DNA from: Malacoraja senta
Taxonomy: Eukaryota
Length of the DNA stretch: 20,000 bases
Reading direction: 5' to 3'
Assembly (NCBI GenBank): GCA_038087875.1
Contig: JAXLNO010000339.1
Span: 53,960-73,959 of the forward strand
This document shows, one piece after another, positions 8,940-19,750 of the stretch. The notes below the pieces were generated by a model. The model had not been told where the DNA came from. It saw only the letters and a list, made by a program, of their open reading frames with translations, and made no database searches. Both the position numbers and the translations under genes were made by a program. Numbering within the stretch: the stretch's first letter is position 1; the number at the start of each line of letters is the position of its first letter.

Positions 8940-9180
8940 CAATCTGAGGGGTAACTTTATCACACAAAGGGTGATGGGTGGATGCAACGAGCTGCCAGAA
9001 GAGGTAGTTGAGACTGGAACTATCCCAACATTTAAGAAACAGTTAGACAGGTACATGGATAGGACTGATGTGGAGGGATATGGACCAAACACAGGCAGGT
9101 GGGACTAATGTAGCTGGGACATGTTGGCTGGTGTGAGCAAGTTGGGCAGAAGGGCCTGTTTCCACACTGTATCACTCTAT
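8940..9180 (+). mobile_element. CR1-clade LINE 3' end
   Basis: NLRGNFITQRVMGGCNELPEEVVETGTIPTFKKQLDRYMD..EGYGPNTGRWD*, plus the tail GAAGGGCCTGTTTCCACACTGTATCACTCTAT. Confidence 0.9.
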
Positions 9181-9204
9181 AATCTTTAGACAATTAAATA
9201 GTTC

Positions 9205-9740
9205 ATGTCCAGCATTCAGCTGAATCTGGACGACATTCAGCGTAGACTAAACAGTGGCAAGTAACATTCATACACAGAAGAATCAAAGATCAGCTCCAAA
9301 AATGGAGAATCGAACCGCATGCAGATGATGTTCATTCGCATTAGCATTGCCAAGTCACACCAACATTCTGGGGTCGTCACTGGCCAGAACTCAACTGGAT
9401 CAAACACAATTACTGTGGCTACAAGAGCTGGTCAGGGATTGTAGTAACCCATCTACTCATGTCCCAGAGTTTTCAACCAGATGCAAGGCAGAAGCTTGAT
9501 AGGATTCTATCCATTTGCATCAATTAATGCATCTCCAACAGCATTCCCATAGTTGAGATTATTATTCAAAGCAGCCCACCTGTTTTGCATTCCACTGAAA
9601 CAAGATATATTCTTTCCCCACACCTCCATTGTGCTAGGACTAGCTTTTATAACTCACTTGCCGGTCAAGAAGTCAACAGGACATTATCACATGTACTACG
9701 AGGCAGGTGCTCTCTCTTTCGTGGGTCGATGCCTTTCGAA
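9205..9740 (+). mobile_element. Old, highly decayed CR1/L2-group LINE fragment
   Basis: Broken-frame motifs LDDIQ..QWQVTF, NILGVVTGQ, TVATRAGQ, IIQSSPP/KAAHL. Confidence 0.5.
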
Positions 9741-9751
9741 GTTCACTCTAG

Positions 9752-11283
9752 TAATAATAATAATAACTTTATTTATAAAGCACTTTATACAACTGCAGTT
9801 GCCACAAAGTGCTGTACATGAGAACTCATGGACAAGAAGTTATTACAAACCATTACAAACAGTAAAACGAAGGACTATAAAACAGTGAAAATTAAAAGAC
9901 ATTAAAAGCACTATAAACAGGAGCAATGTCTCAGCCAGTGTCGAAAGCCAGAGAATAAAAGTGAGTTTTTAAGGTGGATTTGAAGATGGACAGTGAGGGG
10001 GGCTGTCTGATGTGCAACGGCAAGGTGTTCCAGCGTGCCGGAGCAGCAACAGAGAAGGCTCTATCCCCTCTGAGCTTCCGCTTAGTCCTCGGTACCTCCA
10101 GGAGCAGCTGATCAGCTGACCTGAGGCACCGGGCAGGAGCATATAGGTGGAGCAGCTCAGAGAGGTAAGCCGGGGCGAGCCCATTCAAAGATTTAAAAAC
10201 AAATAAAATAATTTTAAAATGAACTCGAAAGTGCACTGGGAGCCAGTGAAGGGAGGCCAAAATTGGCGTAATGTGCTCCCTCTTTCGAGTTCCGGTTAAA
10301 AGGCGAGCGGCAGCATTTTGGACCAGCTGGAGACGAGCCAATGAAGCTCGTGCGACTCCAGGGTAGAGTGCGTTACAGTAATCCAGCCTAGATGTAATAA
10401 AGGCATGGATTACTGTTTCAAAATGCTGCCGCTCGAGAATGGGCTTCACCTTTGCCAGCTTCCTTAGGTGAAAGAAGCTGGACTTAACCACAGCGCCTAT
10501 TTGTTTATCTAGTTTAAAATCACCGTCCATCCTAAAACCCAGGTTTAAAACTGTTGGCTTTACGGACAATGCCAGTGGACCCAAGTCAACAAAGGGAGGT
10601 TCACGGCAGCCATTGGGGCCAAACAAAATCACCTCTGTCTTTTTTTCATTAAGTCCCAGAAAGTTTAAGGCCATCCAGGATTTAATGTCCTCAAGACAAG
10701 ACAGAAGTGATTTTAGAGAATAGTCGTCTTCCTTCCTGAGCGGCATATATAACTGGCTATCATCTGCGTAAAAGTGAAAGGAGATGCCATGCCTTCTTAA
10801 AATTGAGCCCAGAGGAAGTAGGTATAGAGAGAAGAGCAGGGGCCCTAAAATTGAGCCCTGTGGAACCCGATATGCCAAGGGAGCGGAGGAGGATTCAAAG
10901 CCAGCAAGGCTTACACGCATGGTTCTGTCTGCCAGATAGGACCTGAACCATCCCAGGGCACTGCCACAGATGCCCACTTGGTGCTGTAATCGGGAAATTA
11001 AAATTCCATGGTCCACTGTATCGAAGGCGGCAGATAGGTCCAGCAAGACAAGAACCACATAGTTACCAGACTCTGTGCTATGCATAGCTTTGAATCCAGA
11101 CTGGAAAACCTCCCGAATATTGCGCTCGTCCAGGAAGAGTTTCAGCTGGGCATAAACTACTCTCTCCATGATTTTCGAGATAAATGGCAGCTTGGAGATC
11201 GGCCTAAAATTGGCCAGAACAGTTTGATCCAGGCCAGGTTTCTTAAGTAGTGGTTGCACAAGTATGTAGGTAAAGTGTGGCAC
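9752..11283 (-). mobile_element. L2-clade LINE, 5'-truncated, with (TTA)n tail
   Basis: ORF 9931-11283 plus a 3' UTR with TGTACAGCACTTTG..AAAGTGCTTTATAAATAAAG(TTA)n on the - strand. Confidence 0.92.
9931..11283 (-). CDS. L2 ORF2 reverse transcriptase (partial, 450 aa open)
   Basis: NFRPISKLPFISK, QSGF, LLDLSAAFDTVDH, VPQGSILGPLLF, FYADDSQLY, SRLDYCN, LHWLPV motifs. Endonuclease domain is absent. Confidence 0.85.
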   Translation of the reverse strand: MPHFTYILVQPLLKKPGLDQTVLANFRPISKLPFISKIMERVVYAQLKLFLDERNIREVFQSGFKAMHSTESGNYVVLVLLDLSAAFDTVDHGILISRLQHQVGICGSALGWFRSYLADRTMRVSLAGFESSSAPLAYRVPQGSILGPLLFSLYLLPLGSILRRHGISFHFYADDSQLYMPLRKEDDYSLKSLLSCLEDIKSWMALNFLGLNEKKTEVILFGPNGCREPPFVDLGPLALSVKPTVLNLGFRMDGDFKLDKQIGAVVKSSFFHLRKLAKVKPILERQHFETVIHAFITSRLDYCNALYPGVARASLARLQLVQNAAARLLTGTRKREHITPILASLHWLPVHFRVHFKIILFVFKSLNGLAPAYLSELLHLYAPARCLRSADQLLLEVPRTKRKLRGDRAFSVAAPARWNTLPLHIRQPPSLSIFKSTLKTHFYSLAFDTG

Positions 11284-11944
11284 CCAGGGAAGACTTTATT
11301 CTTAAAAGCAAATAGCATGGAGAAATGATTTGTAAGAACCAATAAACAATTGTGAAAATACCACAGCTGAGAAAGGTGGGTATAGGATCAGGAACATTCA
11401 GGAGTTAATATACAAAACCAAAGGTATATAAAAATGATGATCACTTGTGGTTGAGTTGTTGTTCCGATTGGGAGGATTAATTAAGACAGTAACATGAATT
11501 AACTAATTTCTCCAACAACAATTCAATCACATTCGATCACCAGATATGATGCTGAGTAATTTGAACTAATCTATCTAGTGTTGGATGCACGCAGTTACTT
11601 TGGGAGATGCAAGATCAGTCTTCCTGAGAGTGAATCCGCAGAAAGCACAGGTCTGGATGGTGTTCCTGGCCAGAATGTGGGAGTATCAAATACAATGGAA
11701 GCAGAGGATCATTGGGATTATTTCTACTGCAAAAACTGAAGCCAGAGGAAGAAGAGCCATCTTACTGGAAGTAAGAGTCTGCTTTTTAACAAGAAAAAGG
11801 TTTTAAAAACCGGTGGGTAGAGTTGCAGTTTTTCAGAATTGCTGATTGTGGAGGCAGAACAAAAGTGTGAAGCAGGTGTCCGACAGGCTTGTCCAGGGGG
11901 GGGGGGGGGGGAGGGGGAGAAAACAAAGCCTGGCAAGTGATCTA

Positions 11945-12570
11945 AAAGCATTTATTTCGAGAGAATTAGAATATAAAAACAGGGATGTAATGCTGTGGCT
12001 TTAGAAGGCACTGGTCAGAATGCATTTGGAGTATTGTGAGCAGTTTTCGGCCTACATCTGAGGTGGGGGCTGGCTGTGCCGACATCCAGAGGTGGTTTAC
12101 GTGAATGATCCCGGGGACGATTGGGTTAACGTATGAGCATTTGACCACTCAAGACCTGTACTCACTGGAGTTTGGAAGGATGAGAGAGGACCTCATTGAA
12201 ACTTACAGAATAATGATAGGCCTGGATAGGGTGGATGTGGAGAGGATGTTTCCACTGGTGGGAGCGTATCGGACCACAGGGCACAGCCTCGGAATAAAAG
12301 GACATACCTATAGAAAGATGAGGATGAGTTTCTTCAGTCAGAGAGTGGTGAATCTGTGGAATTCATTGCCACAGGTGGCTGTGGAGGCCATGTCATTAGG
12401 TATACTTAAAGTAGAGATTGACATGTTCTTGATTAGGAAGGGTGTCAAAGGTTATGGGAGAAAGTAGGAGAATGTGGTCGAGAAGGAAAGATAGATGAGC
12501 CATGATTAAATGGCGGAGTAGACTCAATGGGGCGAATGATTAAATAAACTCAAATGACTTATGAACTTGT
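11945..12570 (+). mobile_element. CR1-clade LINE 3' portion
   Basis: ORF 12105-12467: LYSLEFGRMREDLIETYRIMIGLDRVD..TTGHSL..FFSQRVVNLWNSLP. Confidence 0.9.
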
Positions 12571-13059
12571 AAATGCATTTTAAATCGATTACTCATGAAG
12601 GATACAAGTCACATTTACCACTCTGACGGTGACACAAAAACATCTAGCCTTTGCAAGGAAGGCAATTTGTAATGGGATTAATAGTTTAATTAAAGCAAAA
12701 GTGATTTGCATACTTCTGGCAGGAGTATTTTGTGGTATTATCAGATGCTTGTAATCATGGGAAATATGAATGCAGTTTGTCACCCATGTTTACATGCAAT
12801 TCTACAGTAGTTTTTAATGTCCAATGTTCTAATGACAGTCTAGAGTTGTCTACGACTTGTGTCTGAGTCCTGTCATTGGTTGGAATGACCAGTACCTAAA
12901 ACCAAGCATTCCACATCACCTCATCAGTGGAATCAATGCTACACTGCACGGTGTGCTACCTTAGCAACGGAGCAGGAACAGTAACCCAGCTCTCACCTCT
13001 AGAATTCCATGTAAACTAAATGGTACAATTATATGGGGGATGTTGGGACAGAGACCGCT

Positions 13060-13440
13060 GCAGATGTACAAAGGCAATTTTTAACAATTGCAGAACAAGT
13101 TGGTTGAGTAGTCAGTTTAAAAAAGGAACACCGAACCTTTGGAACAGAGAAGCAAAGTATAAAAGCAAGGTATGCTACGTTTTTACAAATCTCTTCTACA
13201 CAAGTCTGCTTGACTGCATTAAACAGCAAGAATGGTATCAAGATGAAAGGTTTCACTTCCATGAAAAATCCAAAGAAAGTGGGATTGTCGTGCTTAGAGG
13301 TTAAAAGGAGAGTTCATAGATCAGTAAGGTACATACGGTTCTTGCCAGGCATAAAGGTTTCCAACCAAGGGATACTAATTTGGTGAAAAAGAATCAAAGG
13401 CAATACTTTTGATCTATTACGTGAAATAGCCAGGCATGTG
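13060..13440 (+). mobile_element. Very old CR1-like relic
   Basis: Weak nucleotide similarity to the CR1 stretch at 11960-12350 (AAGTATAAAAGCAAGG.., GGAGAGTTCATAGA). Confidence 0.35.
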
Positions 13441-13724
13441 TAAAGTATGCCTGGGAATCGCGAGACAATCCATTAATGACTTTGCTTGCCAGATTACAAT
13501 TCCTTCTTCATTACAGAAACTAAACAAGCATATGGCAAATTTGTTGTGCCTCAGCATTCCGTCCCTCCCTCCTGAATATAAAATTATATTCCGTGCCATA
13601 AATACATTTCTATACCTCAATTAGATGATCTGCACAACATCCCTCTTCAAAGCTATAAGCATAATCAATTCAGTTCCTCAAATATTTTTCTTGACATTCA
13701 ATTAGACAATGACAGAGCAGTACA

Positions 13725-14007
13725 CAGGCCGTCCTAGAGTAACAAATGCCCCAGTTACGAGAAACCCATACATGCAGAAAAGCTCCAATATTAAATTCAA
13801 AAGTCCGATGTACATACATACGTTCATTTCTAGGAACGTCAGAACTAGTTTTGTCTCTTTTAACAATTGTTTCTTCTTGTCAGCATTATGTGTTTTTTAA
13901 TGCCATTCATTACAAAATGGTAAACAGAGTGATTTTTGTCTATTTTCTGACGTACAAAAATCAACATCTGTACAAATGGAATCCATTTGTTAGTCAGGGA
14001 AGGCCTG
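13725..14007. mobile_element. Tigger/pogo-like MITE
   Basis: Left CAGGCCGTCCTAGAGTAACAAATG versus reverse complement of right CAGGCCTTCCCTGACTAACAAATG. Confidence 0.7.
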
Positions 14008-14024
14008 TGCTCAGATTAATTTAT

Positions 14025-14150
14025 GCACATTTGCTCTGAATCCCTCATTAACCCTCCCACCAAAATTCCTATCTAACATGGCAGTGAAAGTACCAACTGA
14101 CCCACAGCATCCAAAAAGCCTTTTGGGGAGAGCGCTCCAGGTTTCCACTG
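14025..14150 (-). mobile_element. Degenerate CR1 3' fragment
   Basis: VETWSALP....GSVGTFTAMLDR..GFRAN. Confidence 0.5.
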
Positions 14151-14632
14151 TGTTGTGTGAATCAGACGTCTTGCCAGTTTCAAGGAATCGTAAAGTTGGT
14201 GACATAGAAGATGGTGTCCGTGCCGGCTGGAAAATAGCTGCCCAAATTCCAGAACTTGATCCGTAGGCTTTCAGGCAGGCGCACTGTTCATCGTCTTCCA
14301 AAATTCCGTAGGTTGCAGAATGGTTCACACAAATTGGAAGAGAGCAAATGACACCTCACTATTTCTGGAGAGAGGGAGATAGAAAATGAGGAACTGCAGA
14401 TCAGTTAGGCTGGCATCAGGATTAGAAATGCTAGACTGTGGACTTAAATTAAAGATATGGTAGCAGGATACATAAAAACTAAATAATTTAGCAGAATGCA
14501 GCGCACATTTACAACTAGCACACCAAAGATAAAACATACAGCAGGGCTCGAAATTAATGATTGCTCAGTTGCCAATGGCCACCTAAAGTCCCGCCCGGGC
14601 AACCTAAAAGCCGTGTCATTTTGCCCGGCTTG

Positions 14633-14752
14633 ATACTGCAGATACTGGTTTATACCGAAGATAGACACAAAAAATGGTGTAACTCAGCGGGTCAGGCAGC
14701 ATCTCTGGAGAAGAGGAATAAGTGATGTTTCGGGTCGAGACCCTTCTTCAGA
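14633..14752 (-). mobile_element. Penelope pseudo-LTR fragment
   Basis: CTGCAGATACTGGTTT..GTAACTCAGCGGGTCAGGCAGCATCTCTGGAG..GTTTCGGGTCGAGACCCTTCTTCAG, a unit that recurs many times downstream. Confidence 0.75.
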
Positions 14753-14753
14753 A
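14722..14753 (-). ncRNA. Minimal hammerhead ribozyme motif
   Basis: - strand: CTGAAGA A GGGTC TC GACCC GAAAC ATC (perfect stem II; GTC changed to ATC). Confidence 0.6.
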
Positions 14754-15806
14754 GGAGAAAGAAATACATTCAATTTCCATTAGCCCTCCAGCTATTCAAT
14801 TCGGAGAACCAAAACTTGCACTCTGATAGCAGTAAATTTGATGCAGTATTTTATTCCAGTGTTATTATTGCACCCATTGGCTCAAATAGGGAATCTGTGG
14901 CCGAATAATGGTGCTCGCAAGCGTTGCTGCAGCCGGTCGACACCGCAGAACTGCAGCCCACACTGTGGGATCCCGTCCCACACACTGCAGACGCAAGCCA
15001 CTGTGATTTTTAAATATACAAGCGAGCTACGTGTGACGTTTTTGTTTGTTTCAAATGCAGAAGCGAACAGAGATAGTTAGAAATAAAATAAATAAATGGT
15101 TAGGTGTAGGAAGGAACTGCAGATGCTGGTTTTAAAACAGAAGATAGGCACAAAAAGCTGGATAACTCAGCAGGTCAGGCAGCATCTCTGGAACATGGAA
15201 CTACAGATGCTGGTTTATACCAAAGATAGACACAATAAGCTGGAGAACTCAGCCAGTCAGGCAGCATTTCTGGAGAAAAGCAATAGGTGACGTTCGGACC
15301 GAGACCCTTTTTCAGACTGAGAGTCAGGGGAAAGGGAAATTATATCTGTAGATGGTGTATAGAGAAATATAGAACAAATGAATGAAAGTTATACAACAAA
15401 GTAACAATGATCAAGGAAAGGTGGAGCCTGCAATGGTCCATGGTTTGAGAGAAGAAATGTGTGACCTTTCTGGTCAAGATCCTTCTTCTCCAGAGATGCT
15501 ATCTGTCCCACTGAGATACTCCAGCATTTTTGTGTCTATCTTCAGTGTAAACCAGCATCTGCAGTTCCTTCCTACATACATGGTCCATTGTTGGCAGCGA
15601 AGATAGACACAAAATGCTGGAGTAACTCAGGGGGACAGGCAGCATCTCTGAAGAGAAGGAATTGGTCCTCCATCCTATTCTCCGACTAGTTTTTACTGTC
15701 CTCCTGATTAATTTTAATGTTTGCATACCTCGTTGTCACCTTCCCCCAGCCAACAATGAACACAAAACGCTGGAGTTACTCAGCGAGACAGGCAGCAATC
15801 TTTGGA

Positions 15807-15841
15807 GGGTCTGAAGAAAGGTCTCGACCTGAAACGTCATT
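15807..15841 (+). ncRNA. Minimal hammerhead ribozyme motif (best-preserved copy)
   Basis: GGGT CTGAAGA A AGGTC TC GACCT GAAAC GTC ATT: intact CUGANGA/GAAA core, fully paired stem II and a GUC triplet. Confidence 0.7.
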
Positions 15842-16480
15842 CATTCCTCTCCTATCTATCTAGGGTGGGGGTGGTGTGCAGGAAGGAACTGGGATGCTGG
15901 TTTAAACCGGAGATAGACACCAAATGCTGGAAAACTCAGCAGGACAGGCAGTATCATCCGGAGGGAAGGAATGGGTGACGTTTCGGGTCGAGATTCTTCT
16001 TCAGTGAGAGTCAGGAGAAGGGAGACAGTGATATGGAATGTTAAGATGTGAGAACACAGATCAAAGGGGACTATGGTCAAGGAAGGTTCATTGTTAGCGG
16101 AGGGGAAGCTGACAACGAGGCAAACAATCAGTAAAATGTTTAATCAGTGGAAACTAATCGGAGAACTAGGAGGGGTGAGGCGGAGCGAGGGGGAAACAAT
16201 GCTTACTTGAAGTTAAATAAATCAATATTCATACCGCTGAATAGATACAAAAAGCTGGAGTAACTCAGCGGGTTCGGCAGCATCTCTGGAGAAAGGAATA
16301 GTGGACATTTCGGGTCAAGATCCTTCTTCATTCATACCACTGGGCTGTAAGCTGCCCAATGCGAAATATGATCTGCTGTTCCTCCAATTTACCTTGGGCT
16401 TCACTCTGGCAGTGGAGAAGTGGATGGAGAGAGAGGGGATGCAAGGGTTACTTGAAGGTAGATAAATCAATGTTCATCCT

Positions 16481-16560
16481 TTAGTTTAGTATTTAGTTTA
16501 GAGATACAGCGTGGAAACAGGCCCTTCGGCCCACTAAATCCACGCCGACCAGTGATCCCA
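16481..16560 (-). mobile_element. V-SINE 3' fragment inserted in a Penelope endonuclease relic
   Basis: (GTTTA)n then GAGATACAGCGTGGAAACAGGCCCTTCGGCCC, splitting ..AATGTTCAT|..CATACCGCTGGG. Confidence 0.75.
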
Positions 16561-16686
16561 ACCAACACATACCGCTGGGTTGTAAGTTGCCCAAGCGAAA
16601 TATGACATGCTGTTTCTCCAATATACTTTGGGCCTCATTCACTCTGACAGTGGAGGGTGGACGGCGAGATAGGGATGCAAGGGTGA

Positions 16687-16720
16687 AGTCTGAAGAAGGA
16701 TCTCGACCCGAAACGTCACC
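16687..16720 (+). ncRNA. Minimal hammerhead ribozyme motif
   Basis: CTGAAGA A GGATC TC GACCC GAAAC GTC ACC (one stem II mismatch). Confidence 0.6.
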
Positions 16721-17162
16721 TATTCCATCCCTCCAGAGATGCTGCCTGTCCTGCTGAGGTTACTCCAACATTGTGTGTCTATGCTCGATGCGAGGGCTGC
16801 TAACGTGCAGTGAAGGGGGAAGGTGCACCACATGGGCGCGGGGAGGTTTGTAGGCCGGCGCTCGCCGTAGGCCGCAGGCAACAGCTGTAGTGCAGGGTGA
16901 CAGAGGGTCGGAGTGAATGACAGGCCCCACACAGCAGCGGCGGCGGCTCATTAGAACAAGAGAAGTTATTTTCTAGCTAAGATATTGATAATCAAATAAA
17001 ATTATCATAATATTAGTATTGACATTTAAGAAGAAAATCACAGAACGCACCTTCACCAAAAGGAGTATGGAAATTAAAAATGTTCTGCCCCGAAATGATG
17101 AGTTGATTCGTTTAAGTGATTTTCCAATAATTTCCCAATACTTAATGATATATTTATAAACA

Positions 17163-17590
17163 AGGAGCAGCGGATGCTGGTTTACAAAAAAAGCACAAAC
17201 TGCTGGAGTAACTCAGCAGGTCAGGCAATATCTCTGCCAAACTTGGATAGGTGACGTTTCAGGTCAGAGCCATTCTTCAAATTAATTTGAGACGGGGAAT
17301 AGCTGGAAAGAGATGTGGGTGAGACAAGTTCTGGCAAGTGAAAGATGGATGCAGGTGAGGGGGTTTCGATTGGGTGGATGAAGTCCAGAGATGACAAGAA
17401 CCAAGGCTGTAAAATAAAGAGGGACCAGGAATGAATGTGAAGCCAAAGAGAGGGATATAGGTGGATGGGGAGAGGGGGGAAGGTAAAAGGGAGTGGGATA
17501 GTGGGAGAAATGGACACGCATCCAGGTGCGGCACAGGAAAGGGGGAGGGGAAGGGGATAGGGGGTCATTGGGGTGAGGGTGTCTTTATAG
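17163..17590 (-). mobile_element. Older Penelope pLTR / 3' region
   Basis: GCTGGAGTAACTCAGCAGGTCAGGCA..GGTGACGTTTCAGGTC followed by a purine-rich tract. Confidence 0.65.
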
Positions 17591-17631
17591 GTTAAGACCA
17601 GCAATCAAACTGTACACCAGCACCATCCTAC

Positions 17632-17805
17632 ATCTTAGGGACAATTTACAATTTTACCAATTAATCTACAAACCTACACAATCTTGGAGTGTGGAGAAAA
17701 CCCACGTGGTCACAGGGAGAAAGTACAAACTCCGTACAGACAGCACTCATAGTCAGAATCGAACTCAGGTCCCTGGCGCTGTACTACTATGCCATTGTGC
17801 CACCT
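17632..17805 (-). mobile_element. V-SINE 5' part
   Basis: ACCCACGTGGTCACAGGGAGAAAGTACAAACTCCGTACAGACAGCAC..AATCGAACTC. Confidence 0.8.
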
Positions 17806-18084
17806 TAAACTACACACAAAATAAACGATTTGGATACCTATCCAGGGATTGCACAACCTCTCTCTGCATTCATTTGGCAGAAGGTTATCCCATCAAGTTC
17901 CACTGCCAACTGAAGTGCATAATTCTGCTAACACTTGATTCATATTAATATGAGATGGAGGGGCAAAGCTAGGCTTAGGTGTGATAGCCTGCAACACTAA
18001 CTTGGCAAAACACACATGGTCCCAATTGAAAAATGAAACATTACCACTTCAAACAGAGATACTGGAAGGCAGCAATCATTCACA

Positions 18085-18250
18085 GACCCACCGTCCAGCC
18101 TGAATGATCACATATCTCTTCCCCATTGCTCTATCTGTTGTACTTGAGTTTGTCTTAATTGTATTTATGCATGGTATATCTGATCCGTTTGGATAGCAAA
18201 ACAATGCTTTTGACTGTACCTCAGTACACATGACAATAATAAAGCTAAAG
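18085..18250 (+). mobile_element. LINE 3' UTR/tail, probably Rex1-type
   Basis: ..GCTTTTGACTGTACCTCAGTACACATGACAATAATAAAG terminal hairpin/tail pattern. Confidence 0.5.
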
Positions 18251-18366
18251 ATCAAGGTTGAGGGAAGGATGATATGACAGGTAGGGGTTCCATGACGATA
18301 TTACGAGAAATACAAAATTATTTCAAACAACATTCTTTAGTAGTGTATACCACTGCGGGAAAAAAA

Positions 18367-18410
18367 AGACACAAAGTGCTGGAGTAACTCAGCGGGTCAG
18401 GCAGCGTCTC
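18367..18410 (-). mobile_element. Penelope pLTR fragment
   Basis: AGACACAAAGTGCTGGAGTAACTCAGCGGGTCAGGCAGCGTCTCT. Confidence 0.7.
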
Positions 18411-19674
18411 TTTCTACACAGCTATATGCCTACCTTGAGAACTCTGGTCTTTTGTTGTTTATGTAAGATACAATTTATTGCAGAATATGTGCATTTAATG
18501 GTTTCTTCTACTACAGCCATTAGTTCTAATTCATTGCTCCATTGCTACGGCTAATGGCTCCAAAATGAGTGTGGCTGGAAACCCCTCAGGAGGCATTCTT
18601 TAGCTGCTGAGCAAATTAGATTTAAAACAGATAAGAAGTAGACCCAGGGCCTCTTATGCTTGTGCTGAGTTGCTGAAAATAGTCAATATCTGTTGCAGAA
18701 TTATAATGGCTGTCCTGTTCCTAACCTCTCCTTGTCAATCCTCAGCAATTCCCCATGAGGGAGGGATATACTGTATTATAAAATGCAAACACCAGCCTCT
18801 TTTTTTGTACTTTGTGTTCTGCACAAATTCCTTTTGTACATGCTCTGCAATGCAATCAGAGTCGTTTGTGTCCCAGGCTATTTGTTAATTCCTCCGCGCT
18901 GTCATTATGATTTCACTTGCTAAAGGACCAAAAATTGAAATTCCCTGAGACCAGTAATTGTAGATGAAGCAAGTCCCAAAATTATTATATTCAATTTGTT
19001 ATCATTACGTGAATATGTTTAATAAATATGCTTTGTTCAATCATTTCACTTCCAACCACCACACAAACTCTGAATACTTCATATGTAATCAATATTCTTC
19101 AGCACGTACAACCCTCTAGCTTATGGAAGCAATTTATTTAACTGGTTGATAACAAATGGGCTGTAAATCTTCCCAGAAAAGGCTTAATGAATATACTGTT
19201 CAGGGTTGATTTGATGGACAAGACTTTGCATAAGGCTTTAGAATATATTCTTTCCATGACTATACAAACTCCATTATATTTGTTGGAATACCTGTTCCCA
19301 CTGACGATATGCATAAAGTGGGGAGTTCAGTTGATATGAATAAATCTTGGCTTAAAGAACTGAGAAAGCAGTTTCAATACCAACCTAAAATGAAGCACCG
19401 TGTATCTGTGAAATAGATACAGATGAATGAAATAAATATGCATAATACCGTAAGGTTGAATGAACATGCATTCCAGCCAGAAAATATGACATTTATCCAA
19501 CATGGCTCAGATCAGAACAATAAAGGATTTTCAGAGATGATGAGGAAGTCTAATATAAAACTAGTTAGAGATGTTCAGAGAATTTAAAAAAAAAATAACA
19601 TATAGTCACAAATCAGTATGAATGCTTATCTTTATTACAAATCTATAGAAGATCAACTTTCTTTAATGAAACGA

Positions 19675-19744
19675 TGGGATATAGCTCAGTGGTAGAGCAT
19701 TTGACCGCAGATGAAGAGGTCTCTGGTTGAAAACAGTGCTCCTT
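19675..19744 (+). pseudogene. tRNA-Cys(GCA) pseudogene
   Basis: GGGATATAGCTCAGTGGTAGAGCATTTGACCGCAGATGAAGAGGTCTCTGGTTGAAA closely follows vertebrate tRNA-Cys. U33 is changed to C, the anticodon stem is broken, the T-loop TTC is TTG, and the T-stem has a deletion. Confidence 0.85.
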
Positions 19745-19750
19745 CTTTTT

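Larger units (their letters stand above)
14542..15090 (+). mobile_element. hAT-like transposon left part, interrupted by a Penelope pLTR
   Basis: CAGGGCTCGAAATT terminus with GGCAACC/GTTGCC subterminal motifs. Right boundary is approximate. Confidence 0.45.
15098..16772. mobile_element. Cluster of tandem and inverted Penelope pLTRs with GIY-YIG endonuclease C-terminal relics
   Basis: Repeated pLTR units in both orientations. Minus-strand peptides LHCQSEAQGKLEEQQIIFR/LGSLQPSGM (16333-16416) and SGMNIDLFNFK* (16203-16238), with a second copy at about 16447-16655. Confidence 0.8.

Noticed and set aside
14633..17290. Interspersed repeats resembling a CRISPR array
   Set aside because: Irregular spacing, both orientations and linked GIY-YIG relics indicate Penelope pLTRs.
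17221..17604. Pro/Ser/Leu-rich ORFs in three minus-strand frames
   Set aside because: Low-complexity pyrimidine-rich Penelope 3' region.
18450..19600. Unique AT-rich stretch with a 72-aa signal-peptide-like ORF (18670-18888)
   Set aside because: Non-ATG start, no recognisable homology and no clear splice sites. Conservation cannot be assessed from this sequence alone.
19675..19744. Functional tRNA-Cys gene
   Set aside because: Anticodon arm, T-loop/B-box and T-stem are damaged.
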